The notes under the pieces: generated by a model
Told to the model about the DNA's origin: nothing
Seen by the model: only the letters and a program-made list of their open reading frames with translations
Database searches by the model: none
Translations under genes and position numbers: made by a program
From: Thermodesulfobacteriota bacterium
GTDB lineage: Bacteria > Desulfobacterota > Desulfobacteria > Desulfobacterales > SURF-7
Reading direction: 5' to 3'
Assembly (NCBI GenBank): GCA_049320885.1
Contig: JBMORA010000001.1
Location: 178,622-242,621 of the forward strand
Length of the DNA: 64,000 nucleotides
Shown here: one piece after another, positions 48,866 to 59,225 of the stretch
Position numbering within the stretch: position 1 is the stretch's first letter
Layout: the number at the start of each line of letters is the position of its first letter

Positions 48866-50324
48866 ATGCTGGTCTCCTCACCGGTCGTGTCTGACCGAGT
48901 TCTTGTTTTTTCTGTTTTTCATTCCGCTTTTCATCGATGGCCTTGGCTTCTTCCATGCGTTCGAAATGCCTGCCGAAATACTGCTGCATGGCCAGCCGCG
49001 CATAATAAGCCGCCCTGGTGCCGATAAATTTCTCATGGGCCACCATGGCCGCCACGGCCATCTTGTGTTCCCCGCTCTCATCCGTGGCAAACCCCACAAA
49101 CCAATCGTACCGCAGATTCGCCACCTCCCGGCTGCCCATGGAACCGGTTTTCCCGCCGATTTTCAGGCGGGACAACACCCGATCCCTGCCGGCGCCCTGG
49201 AAAGCCCGTTTGCTGGTGCCGTCCTGAACCGTCGCCAGCATCATGGTGTTGATGGATGACGCCGCATCGGAAGTGATCACCTGTCGGATGGTTTTGGGAC
49301 GGCTGTGATAGTGGATATTGCCGTTCTCATCGGTAATGGTATCGATGATCGTGGGTTCGATGAAATCCCCTTTGTTCAGGATGGTGGCGCTCATCAAGGC
49401 TCCGTGAAGCGGCGAGAGGGTTGTCTCGCGGTTGAACCCGCTGGCGATTTCCGCCAGTTCATAGGTGTCCTGGGACAAGGTCATCGTCCGGCTCTGGGAG
49501 AGAGGCAATTCAAAATTGATATTCCGGTTGAACCCAAAAGCTTCCGCATATTGCTCCAACAGATCCGGCCCCAAGTGCTTGGCCCCGATTTTCCCGAAAA
49601 TCGGATTGACGGACATGGCGAAAGATTCCTTCAGACTCATCCAGATGGTATACCGGTTCACTTGGTCCTTGAGCTGCGATCGATACAGGGTGTATTTCCC
49701 GCCGTTCAGGGCGAATTTGGAAGAGGGCTGGAAGCCGCATTTTTCAATTCCGGCCGCAGCCGTGACGATCTTGAACACGCTGGCCGCCGGGTAGGCGGCT
49801 TCGATACAGGGGTTGCCGTCCTTCCTGGTGCGATCGAATCCCGTCATGGCCAGCACCCTGCCGGTGGTCGGTTCAATGGCGACGATACCGATATAGCGGG
49901 TGTGATTCCGGTTCATCTTGTCCAGCAAAAAGGTTTGCAGCGGCAGATCGAGGCTGGTCTCCACCTTATAACATCGGCCATCCAGCTGGACATCCAATGA
50001 ATCATTCCTCAGATTACAAAAATTCCCCTGATCCAGAATGGAACGAACCTCATTTTTGCGCATCAGCTTCGGCTTCTCCACTTCCGATATTTCCGAAATC
50101 GCCGCCGTCGCCTGCTCCTCTCCATAGGACACCAATTGTTGAAAGGCCGTCCTGCTCAAACCGACCGGAAAATTGTACCCAACCAGAAAAACGATGACAA
50201 TGATGGTGGAACAGGTCAGAAGCCTCAGTTTCAGCTTGTGAAAGGCAGCCTCGCGTTTCAACCTGGACTGGTACCTCTGCCAATTGGCCTGGTCTCCGCT
50301 GAACTTGTAGAAAGAATTCTGCAT
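48852..50324 (-). CDS. Penicillin-binding protein, transpeptidase domain (PbpA-like)
   Basis: N-terminal TM; SxxK (SVFK), SxN (SVN) and KTG motifs. Confidence 0.85.
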   Translation of the reverse strand: MQNSFYKFSGDQANWQRYQSRLKREAAFHKLKLRLLTCSTIIVIVFLVGYNFPVGLSRTAFQQLVSYGEEQATAAISEISEVEKPKLMRKNEVRSILDQGNFCNLRNDSLDVQLDGRCYKVETSLDLPLQTFLLDKMNRNHTRYIGIVAIEPTTGRVLAMTGFDRTRKDGNPCIEAAYPAASVFKIVTAAAGIEKCGFQPSSKFALNGGKYTLYRSQLKDQVNRYTIWMSLKESFAMSVNPIFGKIGAKHLGPDLLEQYAEAFGFNRNINFELPLSQSRTMTLSQDTYELAEIASGFNRETTLSPLHGALMSATILNKGDFIEPTIIDTITDENGNIHYHSRPKTIRQVITSDAASSINTMMLATVQDGTSKRAFQGAGRDRVLSRLKIGGKTGSMGSREVANLRYDWFVGFATDESGEHKMAVAAMVAHEKFIGTRAAYYARLAMQQYFGRHFERMEEAKAIDEKRNEKQKKQELGQTRPVRRPAYAGV

Positions 50325-50424
50325 GGATGTCTTCCCGATTTTTATACGTTCTTAATGAATAGGGCTTCCGTGGCGCCGTATGATTTCATCTACCATGTTT
50401 CCCCGCCAAAAAGCGGTCGCGGTG

Positions 50425-52347
50425 TCAGGAGAGCGGCGTTCCGCTTTCAACCTTACCGTCAATAACCACAAGTCTGGGACCGCTTCCGTCATTGGCTGCA
50501 AGCAGCATGCCCATGGACAAGACGCCCATGAGTTTCACCGGTTTTAAATTGGCAACCAGAACGACCTGTTTGCCGATAATCTCATCCGGCCGGTAGACCT
50601 CGGCAATCCCGGCCACAACCGTACGTTTTTCACCGATGTCGATTTCAAGCTTCAACAGCTTTTTGGCTCTGGGAATGGGCTCCGCGGACAGAATCGTGCC
50701 GATCCGCAGATCGACCTGTTTCAGGGCATCGATGCTTATCTCCGGCTTCAGTTCATGCAGCGGCCCTTTTTCACCGGCAGCTTCTTTTTCCGGCAATTGA
50801 TCGTTTTTCAGATCGATCCTTGGAAACAGCATGATGCCTTTCGGTAACGCGGCGCCGGATGCCAGAATACCCCATTGCCGCAACCTGTCCAGATTATAAA
50901 AAGCCTGTTCCGGGTCCTGACCCAGGTGAAGTTGCATGGTCTTGGCCGTATCCGGCATCACGGGATATAGCATACCCGACACCACCCGGAGCCCTTCCAG
51001 CAGATTGTAGATGACGGCTTGGAGTTGTTTCCAGCTGGTTTTTTTCTTCGCCAGTTCCCAGGGAGCGGTCACGTCGATATATTTGTTCATCTGGCTGATC
51101 AGCTCCCAGACAGCCATCAAGGCCTTGTGAAAAGCAAATGCGTCCATGGCCGTTTCGAAATCATCCACCGCCCTGCGGGCATCCTCGTCCAGACCGAAAT
51201 GGAAGGTGCTCTCGGCTTCCTTGTCCACAGCCGGTACCTGACCGTTGAAATATTTATGCGTCATGGCGATAACACGGGAGAAAAGATTCCCCAGGTCATT
51301 GGCCAAATCCGAATTGATTCGATGCACCAAAGCGGTTTCCGAAAAACCGGAATCCAGGCCGAACACCATATCCCTCATGAGGAAATAGCGAAACGCATCC
51401 AACCCGTAAATCGCTTTCATGCTCAACGGGTCCACGACATTGCCGATACTTTTGGACATCTTGCTCTCATCCACATTCCAATAGCCATGGACATTTAAAT
51501 GCCGGTAAACCGGAATTCCGGCGGCTTTCAGAATAATCGGCCAGTAAATTCCATGTGGTTTGAGGATGTCTTTCGCCACGATGTGCTGGGCCACGGGCCA
51601 GTACTTCCGGAACGCTTCTCCATCCGGGTACCCCAATGCGGAAATATAATTGAGCAATGCATCAAACCATACATATGTGACGTAGTTATCGTCGAAGGGT
51701 AAGGTGATACCCCATTTCAAGCGTGATTTCGGCCGTGAAATGCAGAGATCCTCCAGGGGTTCCCGTAAAAAGGCCAGAACCTCGTTGCGATAGCGTTCCG
51801 GACGGATAAAATCCGGATGGGTTTGGATATGCTGAATCAGCCAATCCTGGTATTTGCTCATCCGGAAAAAATAATTCGCCTCCTTGATCAGCTGGGGTTC
51901 CGTGTCATGGTCCGGGCATTTTCCGTTCACCAGCTCCCGTTCCAAATAAAATCGCTCGCATCCGAAGCAATACATCCCCTCGTATTCGCTGAAATAGATA
52001 TCACCGCATTCATAAATCCGCTGCAGAATCGAAGTGACCAGGGCGACATGCTCCTTATCCGTGGTGCGGATGAAATGATTGTACCGAATGTTCATTTCAG
52101 GCCACAACTCTTTAAAAAGCCGGCTGATCCTGTCCACATAGACCCGGGGACTGAGGTTCTCCTTCTCGGCGGCCGCAACGATTTTATCCCCGTGTTCATC
52201 CGTTCCGGTCAGAAAAAAACAATCCGCCTCGCGCATTCCATGGAACCGGTTGATGACGTCCGCGGCAATCGTTGTGTAGGCATGCCCCAAATGCGGTCGC
52301 GCATTCACATAGTATATCGGCGTCGTTATATAGAAGGAACCTGTCAT
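50425..52347 (-). CDS. metG: Methionyl-tRNA synthetase
   Basis: YITTPIYYVN, HLGH, KMSKS, C-terminal tRNA-binding domain. Confidence 0.97.
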   Translation of the reverse strand: MTGSFYITTPIYYVNARPHLGHAYTTIAADVINRFHGMREADCFFLTGTDEHGDKIVAAAEKENLSPRVYVDRISRLFKELWPEMNIRYNHFIRTTDKEHVALVTSILQRIYECGDIYFSEYEGMYCFGCERFYLERELVNGKCPDHDTEPQLIKEANYFFRMSKYQDWLIQHIQTHPDFIRPERYRNEVLAFLREPLEDLCISRPKSRLKWGITLPFDDNYVTYVWFDALLNYISALGYPDGEAFRKYWPVAQHIVAKDILKPHGIYWPIILKAAGIPVYRHLNVHGYWNVDESKMSKSIGNVVDPLSMKAIYGLDAFRYFLMRDMVFGLDSGFSETALVHRINSDLANDLGNLFSRVIAMTHKYFNGQVPAVDKEAESTFHFGLDEDARRAVDDFETAMDAFAFHKALMAVWELISQMNKYIDVTAPWELAKKKTSWKQLQAVIYNLLEGLRVVSGMLYPVMPDTAKTMQLHLGQDPEQAFYNLDRLRQWGILASGAALPKGIMLFPRIDLKNDQLPEKEAAGEKGPLHELKPEISIDALKQVDLRIGTILSAEPIPRAKKLLKLEIDIGEKRTVVAGIAEVYRPDEIIGKQVVLVANLKPVKLMGVLSMGMLLAANDGSGPRLVVIDGKVESGTPLS

Positions 52348-53159
52348 ATGCTCTCCTGTTCTCCCGTGTTTTTGATCGCCTCGATATCGATTTCCGTTTC
52401 GACGCCGTCTTCAAATTGAATCACGACGCGGTTGCAGATCACGTTCTGCCGGACGATCTTTCCCGATCGTCCGCTCACCGTTACCGGTTTGCCGATTTTC
52501 GGCGCTTTTTGGCGGAGATCGACATAAGTGTCGTTTTCAAACGTCAGACAACACATCAGCCGTCCACACTGGCCGGATATTTTCGTCGGATTCAACGAGA
52601 GTCCCTGGTCTTTGGCCATCCGTATGGAAACAGGCTCAAACTTGGACAGGAATGTCGAGCAACAAAGCTGCCGCCCGCATCTTCCGATGCCACCGCACAT
52701 TTTGGCCTGATTGCGGATGCCTACCTGGCGCATCTCAATACGGGTTCGAAACTCCTTCACCAATATTTTGACCAGCTGCCGGAAATCAACCCGGCCCTCG
52801 GCCGTAAAAAAAAAGGTCAGTTTATTCGCGTCAAAGGTGCTTTCCACCGCGAACAGATTCATTTCCAGTCTCAATAATTTGATCTGTTCCTGACAAAAAT
52901 CGTTCGCCTGTTTTTCCAGAGCGAGATTGCTCTCCTGTTGCGCGAAATCGTTTTCCGTCGCCAGCCGGCAGATTTTTTTCAGCGGGGTGGCAAGGCTCTC
53001 TTCCTCCACTTGAACCGGCAGGGAAGCAACCGTGCCGAACCCGAGCCCGTGTTCTGTTTCCACAATCACGGTATCACCGATATTCAACACGAACGCGCCG
53101 GCGTCGAAGTCGTATATTTTGCCGGCAGCCTTGAATCTCACTCCAACTACTTTTTTCAT
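52344..53159 (-). CDS. PSP1/RicT (YaaT)-family Fe-S protein
   Basis: GRVDFRQLV, RIEMRQVG, GRCGRQLCC, SGQCGRLMCCL. Confidence 0.92.
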   Translation of the reverse strand: MKKVVGVRFKAAGKIYDFDAGAFVLNIGDTVIVETEHGLGFGTVASLPVQVEEESLATPLKKICRLATENDFAQQESNLALEKQANDFCQEQIKLLRLEMNLFAVESTFDANKLTFFFTAEGRVDFRQLVKILVKEFRTRIEMRQVGIRNQAKMCGGIGRCGRQLCCSTFLSKFEPVSIRMAKDQGLSLNPTKISGQCGRLMCCLTFENDTYVDLRQKAPKIGKPVTVSGRSGKIVRQNVICNRVVIQFEDGVETEIDIEAIKNTGEQESI

Positions 53160-53162
53160 TGA

Positions 53163-54248
53163 CTATCCGCCCGCCATTTCCAGAATCAGCATATCCATCA
53201 CCAAACGCGCATTGGCATTGGCCTGGAGCCTTCTTTGCGCCATCCCGACAGCTTCGACAATCCGGTGCAGAGTCGCCGGGCGCCATCTATGACTGATATC
53301 CGCAATCAAATTGGTCATATCGGTATTGATGATCTTGTCCGGCGCATCCGTGAAGATCAGCAAATCCCGAAACCAGGTTTGACAAATGTCCAACACATCG
53401 GGCAGCCTTTCCTTGAGGCTGCAGAGTGTTTCCGCAAAATAAAGACGCTGACTGACCGAATGATCCGAAAGCGCTGAGATTTCCCGAAGAAGACGTTTCC
53501 GGAAAGCGCCCCACTCCGTCTCGCATATCTTCCGCGCCGTTGTCCAACTTCCGCCGGCCATCCGTGCCATGATTCCGGCTTGTTCCTGATCCAAACCGTA
53601 GGTTTCAACCAGCAATGGTTGAAGGCGTTGAGCCGGAATCGGATGAAATCTGACTTGTTGACACCGTGAAACAATGGTCGGCAACAGATCGGAGGCCTGC
53701 AGGGCCGTTAAAATGAAAATGGTCCCCACGGGCGGTTCCTCCAGAATTTTCAGCAAGGCGTTCCCCGCCTCGGCATTCAACCTGTCGGCATCGGATACGA
53801 TCACCGTGCGAACTTCGGCCTCATAGGGTTTCATGGCCAGACAGCGGCAAAGCTCACGAATCTGAGCTATTTTGATGACCCGGGCGGATGGTTTTACATA
53901 AATGATATCAGGATGTTGCCCCGAAAGTATCTTGCGGCATGGCCTGCATGTGCCACAGGGGATGTCCATTGGCGCGTCACAATCGACTCTTTCGGGGAAA
54001 ACCCCCGCCCCGGGTTCGGTCATTTCCGCCCTGTGAAGACAGTTACATGCCATGGCATAGGCCATGGCCGCATCCCGCTTGCCAACTCCTTCCATGCCGG
54101 TAAATAAAAACCCATGGGGAATGGACTGGTTTTGCAGCGTGGCGAATAAAAACCGTGCGACCTTTTCTTGGTAAATCAATATACGGGCTGCAGGCAGTTT
54201 TCGAAAGTCGAGCAACGTCTCGGAACCGGATGCGTGTTTAGTAATCAA
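53163..54248 (-). CDS. holB: DNA polymerase III delta' subunit
   Basis: FLFTG..GK, CGTCRPC, HPD, NALLKILEEPP, TIVSRC; start uncertain. Confidence 0.92.
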   Translation of the reverse strand: MITKHASGSETLLDFRKLPAARILIYQEKVARFLFATLQNQSIPHGFLFTGMEGVGKRDAAMAYAMACNCLHRAEMTEPGAGVFPERVDCDAPMDIPCGTCRPCRKILSGQHPDIIYVKPSARVIKIAQIRELCRCLAMKPYEAEVRTVIVSDADRLNAEAGNALLKILEEPPVGTIFILTALQASDLLPTIVSRCQQVRFHPIPAQRLQPLLVETYGLDQEQAGIMARMAGGSWTTARKICETEWGAFRKRLLREISALSDHSVSQRLYFAETLCSLKERLPDVLDICQTWFRDLLIFTDAPDKIINTDMTNLIADISHRWRPATLHRIVEAVGMAQRRLQANANARLVMDMLILEMAGG

Positions 54249-54513
54249 CCCGCTCTTTTAGTTCTTTGCCGCATTTAAAAAACGGTAATTTCTTCGGTTT
54301 GATGGTGACCTTTTCGCCTGTTTTCGGGTTTCTGCCCGTATAACTTTTATAATTTTTGACAAAAAAGCTGCATAACCCGCGGATTTCAACCCGTTCCCCC
54401 TTGGCCATCGCATCGGCCATGGAATCAAAAAATATCTGGATTACCTTGGCGGCATCTGATTTGGAAATATTCGCTTCGTTTTTTAATGCGGAAATCAACT
54501 CCAATTTATTCAT
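54238..54513 (-). CDS. ihfB: Integration host factor beta / HU-family DNA-binding protein
   Basis: MNKLELI, GERVEIRG, GRNPKTG, PFFKCGKELKERVD; AGGAGG RBS. Confidence 0.85.
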   Translation of the reverse strand: MNKLELISALKNEANISKSDAAKVIQIFFDSMADAMAKGERVEIRGLCSFFVKNYKSYTGRNPKTGEKVTIKPKKLPFFKCGKELKERVDY

Positions 54514-54629
54514 ACATCCTCCTTGAATTATAGGAATCATCGAGATCAGCGATCAGATCTGCCTTACAGGAACACGGTACAGCGCATTCATCCGCACAAT
54601 AAAATATAAGTCGGTAAAAAGTCAAGCAG

Positions 54630-55184
54630 TTATGAAAATATTTCCGGAAGATGCTCCACATCCTCCTCGCTCACGTTCACGGCGGCGAACTGCCCCAAGG
54701 CCTCAATGTTCACAATAACCCGGCCTTGACCCCGATATTGAATAAAATAGCCGATTACGCCGGCAAACGGGCCGGATATGACCATGATTCTGTCACCTTT
54801 CTTGAACCGGCTTCCGGTGATGACCGGATCATCTCCCTTGACCATGATTTTCAGGGAACCGATGGTTTCATCGGATACCGCTATGGGACCGCTGCGGCTG
54901 CCCACCAGCCTGACCACCCCGGCGGTCTTGACGATTTCCAGATATTCATGGGGATGAAGGTCGGTCTTTACGAACACATACCCCGGGAAAAGCGGGACAT
55001 GAATCATTAATTTCCGGTCCTGGCGCCTGCTTCTAACCCGTATTTTCGGAAGAAACACCTCCAGGGATTTTTTTTGAAGGCCGTCGTTGACGACATTTTC
55101 AAAGCGGCTCCGGGTATGCAGCACATACCAATGCCGAACCAGTTGCCCGTCGATCTTGTTTTCCGGCGCTCCGTTCATGTGCAC
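54630..55184 (-). CDS. NusG-paralog antiterminator (RfaH/UpxY/LoaP-like)
   Basis: WYVLHT, PLFPGYVFV (NGN domain), KOW motif GDRIMVISGPFAG. Confidence 0.88.
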   Translation of the reverse strand: MHMNGAPENKIDGQLVRHWYVLHTRSRFENVVNDGLQKKSLEVFLPKIRVRSRRQDRKLMIHVPLFPGYVFVKTDLHPHEYLEIVKTAGVVRLVGSRSGPIAVSDETIGSLKIMVKGDDPVITGSRFKKGDRIMVISGPFAGVIGYFIQYRGQGRVIVNIEALGQFAAVNVSEEDVEHLPEIFS

Positions 55185-55199
55185 AAGGTTTCCTCACCT

Positions 55200-57479
55200 C
55201 TAATAGGGGGCCGCAATCGACGTCCCGGCCTGCCCCAGGCCGTACAGCTCGATCATGACCCGGTATATCGCGTCGTCCTCCCTTCGCATGCCGGACACAT
55301 CAAGCCCCCAGCACTGGGTCGTATAACGCAAACCGATGCCGGTTTCAATATTTTTACCGTCCTTCAAATTCCGTTCATATTTCCCATAAGTAGAAAAACG
55401 ATCCGTCAGGATGAAATCCGCCATCATCAGGATGGATTTCGATATTTCCTCCGCCTGACGGAACTCCGCATAAATACGGTGGCCGCTCTCGGCCGTCAGC
55501 ATGACCGTCTCGCTGTGGGAATCAAAGCGCCGGGTGTATGGATCCCATCCAAGATCGACCCGCAAACCGAAAGCGGGCACGGGCTGCAACTCCAGGGTTC
55601 CCGTCACGGCCGAAAAGGGCTCGGGCTCCTCGGCGTCGCGGGCCTCGTTGATATCATAGGACTGGGATAACCGAAAATAGCAGAATTGAGAATAGGCGAA
55701 GTTCCGGGGCACCCCGGCGACCGAAGCTTCGTGGTCCGGCCGCTGCGCCGGTTCGAACGGCTTGCGGGATGTCACCATATTGGTGATGGCATACGTTATC
55801 CGGTTCTGCTTCTCGATCCGGTCAAAGGCGTCGAACTGGGGGTAGCGGCTTTGATCCTCTTCCGGAATGTAATCGTATACGATCTGCGGCCGGATGGAAT
55901 GCTTCAACCGGTCCAGGCCCCATTGGTTCATGGTAAAAATACGATAGACTTCCGTGGACAAGTCCAGTTTCAAATCATAGAGCTGTCGATGGAAGGAGGA
56001 GCGGGTCGAATCGGCGCCCTCCTCCCAGGCGTTCACCTGCCACACGGTTTCCCGCAAACCGACGGATGGCTCGAACGAAACATAATTCCGATAGGAAAGC
56101 GGCGCGTAAACTCGCGGATACATCTCCGCCCGCTGCCCCCGATCGCTGTCCTTGCTGTAAAAATAGATATATTCGGAAGAAAGATCCCAAAACAACGGAT
56201 TTGCCCCGGGCATTTGATGCTTCAGACCGGAAAACCGAAGATGGGGCAGTTCCTGCATGGTGTCGTCGGTCTGTTCCCAGCGTCTTTTCACCACATCGTC
56301 TTTCCACAGCAGATCCGCATCGAAACTGTATAGCGTCCAGGTTTTGTTCACGTTCAGCTGGTTTTTCCGCGTTGTCTGGTTGTACTCATCCAAACCCCTG
56401 CCATAGGTGCCGACAAAATATTCCTGGGTCGCCCGAAACCCGTTGTATCCGTCTTCGAATTCCAGCAGATAGTCCTGATCACTGACCAGGTCCAGGTCCA
56501 GCTTGGCTTTCACACCGTGGCCGAAATCCTGATCATGTTTCATGCGGAACCAGTAGCGGTCTGAATTCGTCCTCAGGTACGCGTCTTCCGTATATCCCCA
56601 GTCCTCGCTGGTTTCGCCGGAACCGTCGTCCACCTTTCTGTCCCGCAGCAGATCGAGCATCACGGCGCCCTTCGTTTCCTCACTGAAGACATACCGGTAT
56701 TCACTTCCGATCCGGTTCCCTCGCTCGGACATGGCGTTGACATACAGGGTGGCGTCCATATTGTCATCAATGGCCCAGAAAAAAGGCTGATTGACATCAA
56801 GCCCCTTGCGATCCGCATAGCGGATTTCCGGAATGAGCAAGCCGGTCTGGCGTTTGGTCTTGGCCGGGAAAGGCAAGATCGGCGAGTAGAACAGCGGTAT
56901 TTGCCGGCCCCATAAAGCCGCCTCATGCGCAATGCCGTATCCTTCAACGGTCACTTCCATGTCCGAACACGTCATTTTCCAGTCCGGATCATCGCCGTCA
57001 CAGGTCGTAACCGTTGCTTTCCTGGCCGTATACGTCGCCGGACCGGTTTTATTGATTTCATCCGCCCGGATATGAAAATTCGTCACCGTTGAATCGATTC
57101 CGCCTTGATAAATGGTCCCGATCTCTTTTTCCAGATCGAGTTCGACACGGTCGGCCGTCACCGTATCACCATCCATTTTCGCGGTCACATGACCGCTGGC
57201 GAAAACCCGCCTTAAGGCCCTGTCATACCGGACATAATCCGCCGTCAATTGCTGCCGCGACCCGTGGATGCTTACATTGCCACTGGCGGTATATTCATCC
57301 TTCCCCTGGTCATAACTCATTTCATCCGCTAAAATGCGCCATGAGCCTGTCTCCGGCTCTTGGCCAAAGGAAGCCCATTCCGTCAAACACACCATCAGGA
57401 CAGTCGACAGAATCAATCGGCTCAACCGGAACATCCAACGGGAGGCCGTCCGCCGAAATCGCTTCGGCTTCCGTTTCAC
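55200..57479 (-). CDS. lptD: LPS-assembly protein LptD
   Basis: OstA-like N-terminus (ADEMSYD, TTCD..PDW), RQTGLLIP, PFFWAI, beta-barrel; start uncertain (57434-57569). Confidence 0.88.
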   Translation of the reverse strand: MKRKPKRFRRTASRWMFRLSRLILSTVLMVCLTEWASFGQEPETGSWRILADEMSYDQGKDEYTASGNVSIHGSRQQLTADYVRYDRALRRVFASGHVTAKMDGDTVTADRVELDLEKEIGTIYQGGIDSTVTNFHIRADEINKTGPATYTARKATVTTCDGDDPDWKMTCSDMEVTVEGYGIAHEAALWGRQIPLFYSPILPFPAKTKRQTGLLIPEIRYADRKGLDVNQPFFWAIDDNMDATLYVNAMSERGNRIGSEYRYVFSEETKGAVMLDLLRDRKVDDGSGETSEDWGYTEDAYLRTNSDRYWFRMKHDQDFGHGVKAKLDLDLVSDQDYLLEFEDGYNGFRATQEYFVGTYGRGLDEYNQTTRKNQLNVNKTWTLYSFDADLLWKDDVVKRRWEQTDDTMQELPHLRFSGLKHQMPGANPLFWDLSSEYIYFYSKDSDRGQRAEMYPRVYAPLSYRNYVSFEPSVGLRETVWQVNAWEEGADSTRSSFHRQLYDLKLDLSTEVYRIFTMNQWGLDRLKHSIRPQIVYDYIPEEDQSRYPQFDAFDRIEKQNRITYAITNMVTSRKPFEPAQRPDHEASVAGVPRNFAYSQFCYFRLSQSYDINEARDAEEPEPFSAVTGTLELQPVPAFGLRVDLGWDPYTRRFDSHSETVMLTAESGHRIYAEFRQAEEISKSILMMADFILTDRFSTYGKYERNLKDGKNIETGIGLRYTTQCWGLDVSGMRREDDAIYRVMIELYGLGQAGTSIAAPY

Positions 57480-57650
57480 AACAACATCCCATCCACCGCT
57501 GCCGGCGGACGATTTTTCTGTGACAAACGCTGGCATGACCCCCTGTGTTGAATCCGCGTTCAATCCCATTCAACCCATTGATACGGCATACCATCCCATC
57601 AGTCTGAAAGCGATTGGGAAGGCGCACGACCGTCGTTTACCGGATATCTC

Positions 57651-57679
57651 TTGAAGCCTTTAAAATTTTTCAGTATAAA
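57651..57679 (+). promoter_or_regulatory. Sigma70-type promoter for surE-tmk-cysM/cysS
   Basis: TTGAAG, 17-nt spacer, TATAAA. Confidence 0.55.
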
Positions 57680-57786
57680 ACGGACCTGATGAGAAAAGTC
57701 AATATGTAGTTGCCGATCCGCGCGTTTCCGGCGGCCCGGCGAACCGGCGGACAAACGCCAGCCGAACCAAGGAAATATACCAGCCG

Positions 57787-58542
57787 ATGAGCATTCTCGT
57801 TACCAATGACGACGGAATTTTCGCCAAGGGTCTCTGGGCGCTGCAGGAAGCCCTGATGGATATCTGCCGGGTAACGGTAATCGCCCCGGACCGGGAACGC
57901 AGCGCCGTGGGCCACGGCATCACCCTGCATGAGCCCATCCGGGCCGACAGGATCCGCTTGAACGACAGGCATTGGGGCTATGCGGTCAGCGGCACACCGG
58001 CGGATTGTATCAAACTCGGGCTGCTGGAACTGCTGGAGGAAAAACCGGCCATTGTGGTATCCGGAATCAATCCCGGCGCCAATCTCGGTGTCAACGTCAA
58101 CTACTCGGGGACCGTCGCGGCCGCGAAGGAAGCCGCCTTGTATGGTATCCCGGCAATGGCCGTATCGATATCCAATTCCAAGCCGAATTATTATGAAGAG
58201 GTCGCCGGATTTGCCAAACGCCTGGCGGAAACAATCCTGCGGAACGGACTGCCGGTTGGGACCTTTCTGAACGTCAATTGCCCGGACATGCCCGTCAAGG
58301 ACACATCCGGTGTGCGGGTAAGCCGCCAGAACACCCGATTTTTTCAGGAGCGCATTGAAAAAAAAATGGACCCGCGCAACCGGCCCTATTACTGGCAGGG
58401 CTGCGACGGCAAACCGGACTTATCGGACCCGGACATAGACAGCGATGCGCTCTGCGGCAATTATATCTCCATCACGCCGATCAAATGCGACATGACCGAC
58501 TATGACATGCTCGAAAACCTGAGGGGATGGAAGATCGATTGA
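57787..58542 (+). CDS. surE: 5'/3'-nucleotidase SurE
   Basis: ILVTNDDG, GTPADC, SGINPGANLG, YSGTVAAA. Confidence 0.96.
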   Translation: MSILVTNDDGIFAKGLWALQEALMDICRVTVIAPDRERSAVGHGITLHEPIRADRIRLNDRHWGYAVSGTPADCIKLGLLELLEEKPAIVVSGINPGANLGVNVNYSGTVAAAKEAALYGIPAMAVSISNSKPNYYEEVAGFAKRLAETILRNGLPVGTFLNVNCPDMPVKDTSGVRVSRQNTRFFQERIEKKMDPRNRPYYWQGCDGKPDLSDPDIDSDALCGNYISITPIKCDMTDYDMLENLRGWKID

Positions 58543-58543
58543 C

Positions 58544-59188
58544 ATGCTGATCACACTGGAAGGAATAGAAGGCTCCGGCAAAAGTACCCAGGTGCGACAC
58601 CTGGTTGATTTTATGCGGGAGATGGGCTATGAGTGTCTGGTCACCAGAGAGCCCGGCGGAACCAGGCTCGGGCAAAAAATCCGTACGATTTTATTGGATC
58701 CGGCAAATACCGATGTGGAGCCGCTGGCGGAGCTGCTGTTGTATGCCGCCGACCGCGCCCAGCATATCCAACAGATCATATCTCCGGCCTTGGCCAAAGG
58801 GATGACGGTCATATGCGACCGTTTCTGTGATGCGACCACCGTCTACCAGGGGTATGCCCGGGGTCTGGACCTAGGAACCATCGACCAGCTGCATCGGATC
58901 GTGCTGAATGGTCTCATCCCAGACCTGACATTGCTGTTCGATCTGCCGGTGGAGATAGGTCTGTCGCGGGCGTTTTCCGCCGTCGGCAGTGGTGACCGCA
59001 GGGAGTCCGAAACCCGGTTCGAACAGGAAGCCCTCGCCTTTCATGAACGGGTGCGGAACGGCTATCTGAGCCTTGCCCGGCTGAACCCGGAACGGTTCCG
59101 GATTCTGAATGCCGCCAGGGCGGAAACCGACGTCCGACATCAAATGATCCATGTCGTCCGGCAGCATGCGGGACGAGCATCCGGATGA
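58544..59188 (+). CDS. tmk: Thymidylate kinase
   Basis: LEGIEGSGKSTQ, TREPGGT, DRAQH, CDRF, YQGYARG. Confidence 0.96.
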   Translation: MLITLEGIEGSGKSTQVRHLVDFMREMGYECLVTREPGGTRLGQKIRTILLDPANTDVEPLAELLLYAADRAQHIQQIISPALAKGMTVICDRFCDATTVYQGYARGLDLGTIDQLHRIVLNGLIPDLTLLFDLPVEIGLSRAFSAVGSGDRRESETRFEQEALAFHERVRNGYLSLARLNPERFRILNAARAETDVRHQMIHVVRQHAGRASG

Positions 59189-59225
59189 TATCAATTGCTA
59201 CTGATATGACAGTCAGGAAACCGTG

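Noticed and set aside
57490..57510. ops-like sequence (GGCAGCGGTGGATG, minus strand) upstream of lptD
   Set aside because: Poor match to GGCGGTAGnnTG and may lie inside the coding region.
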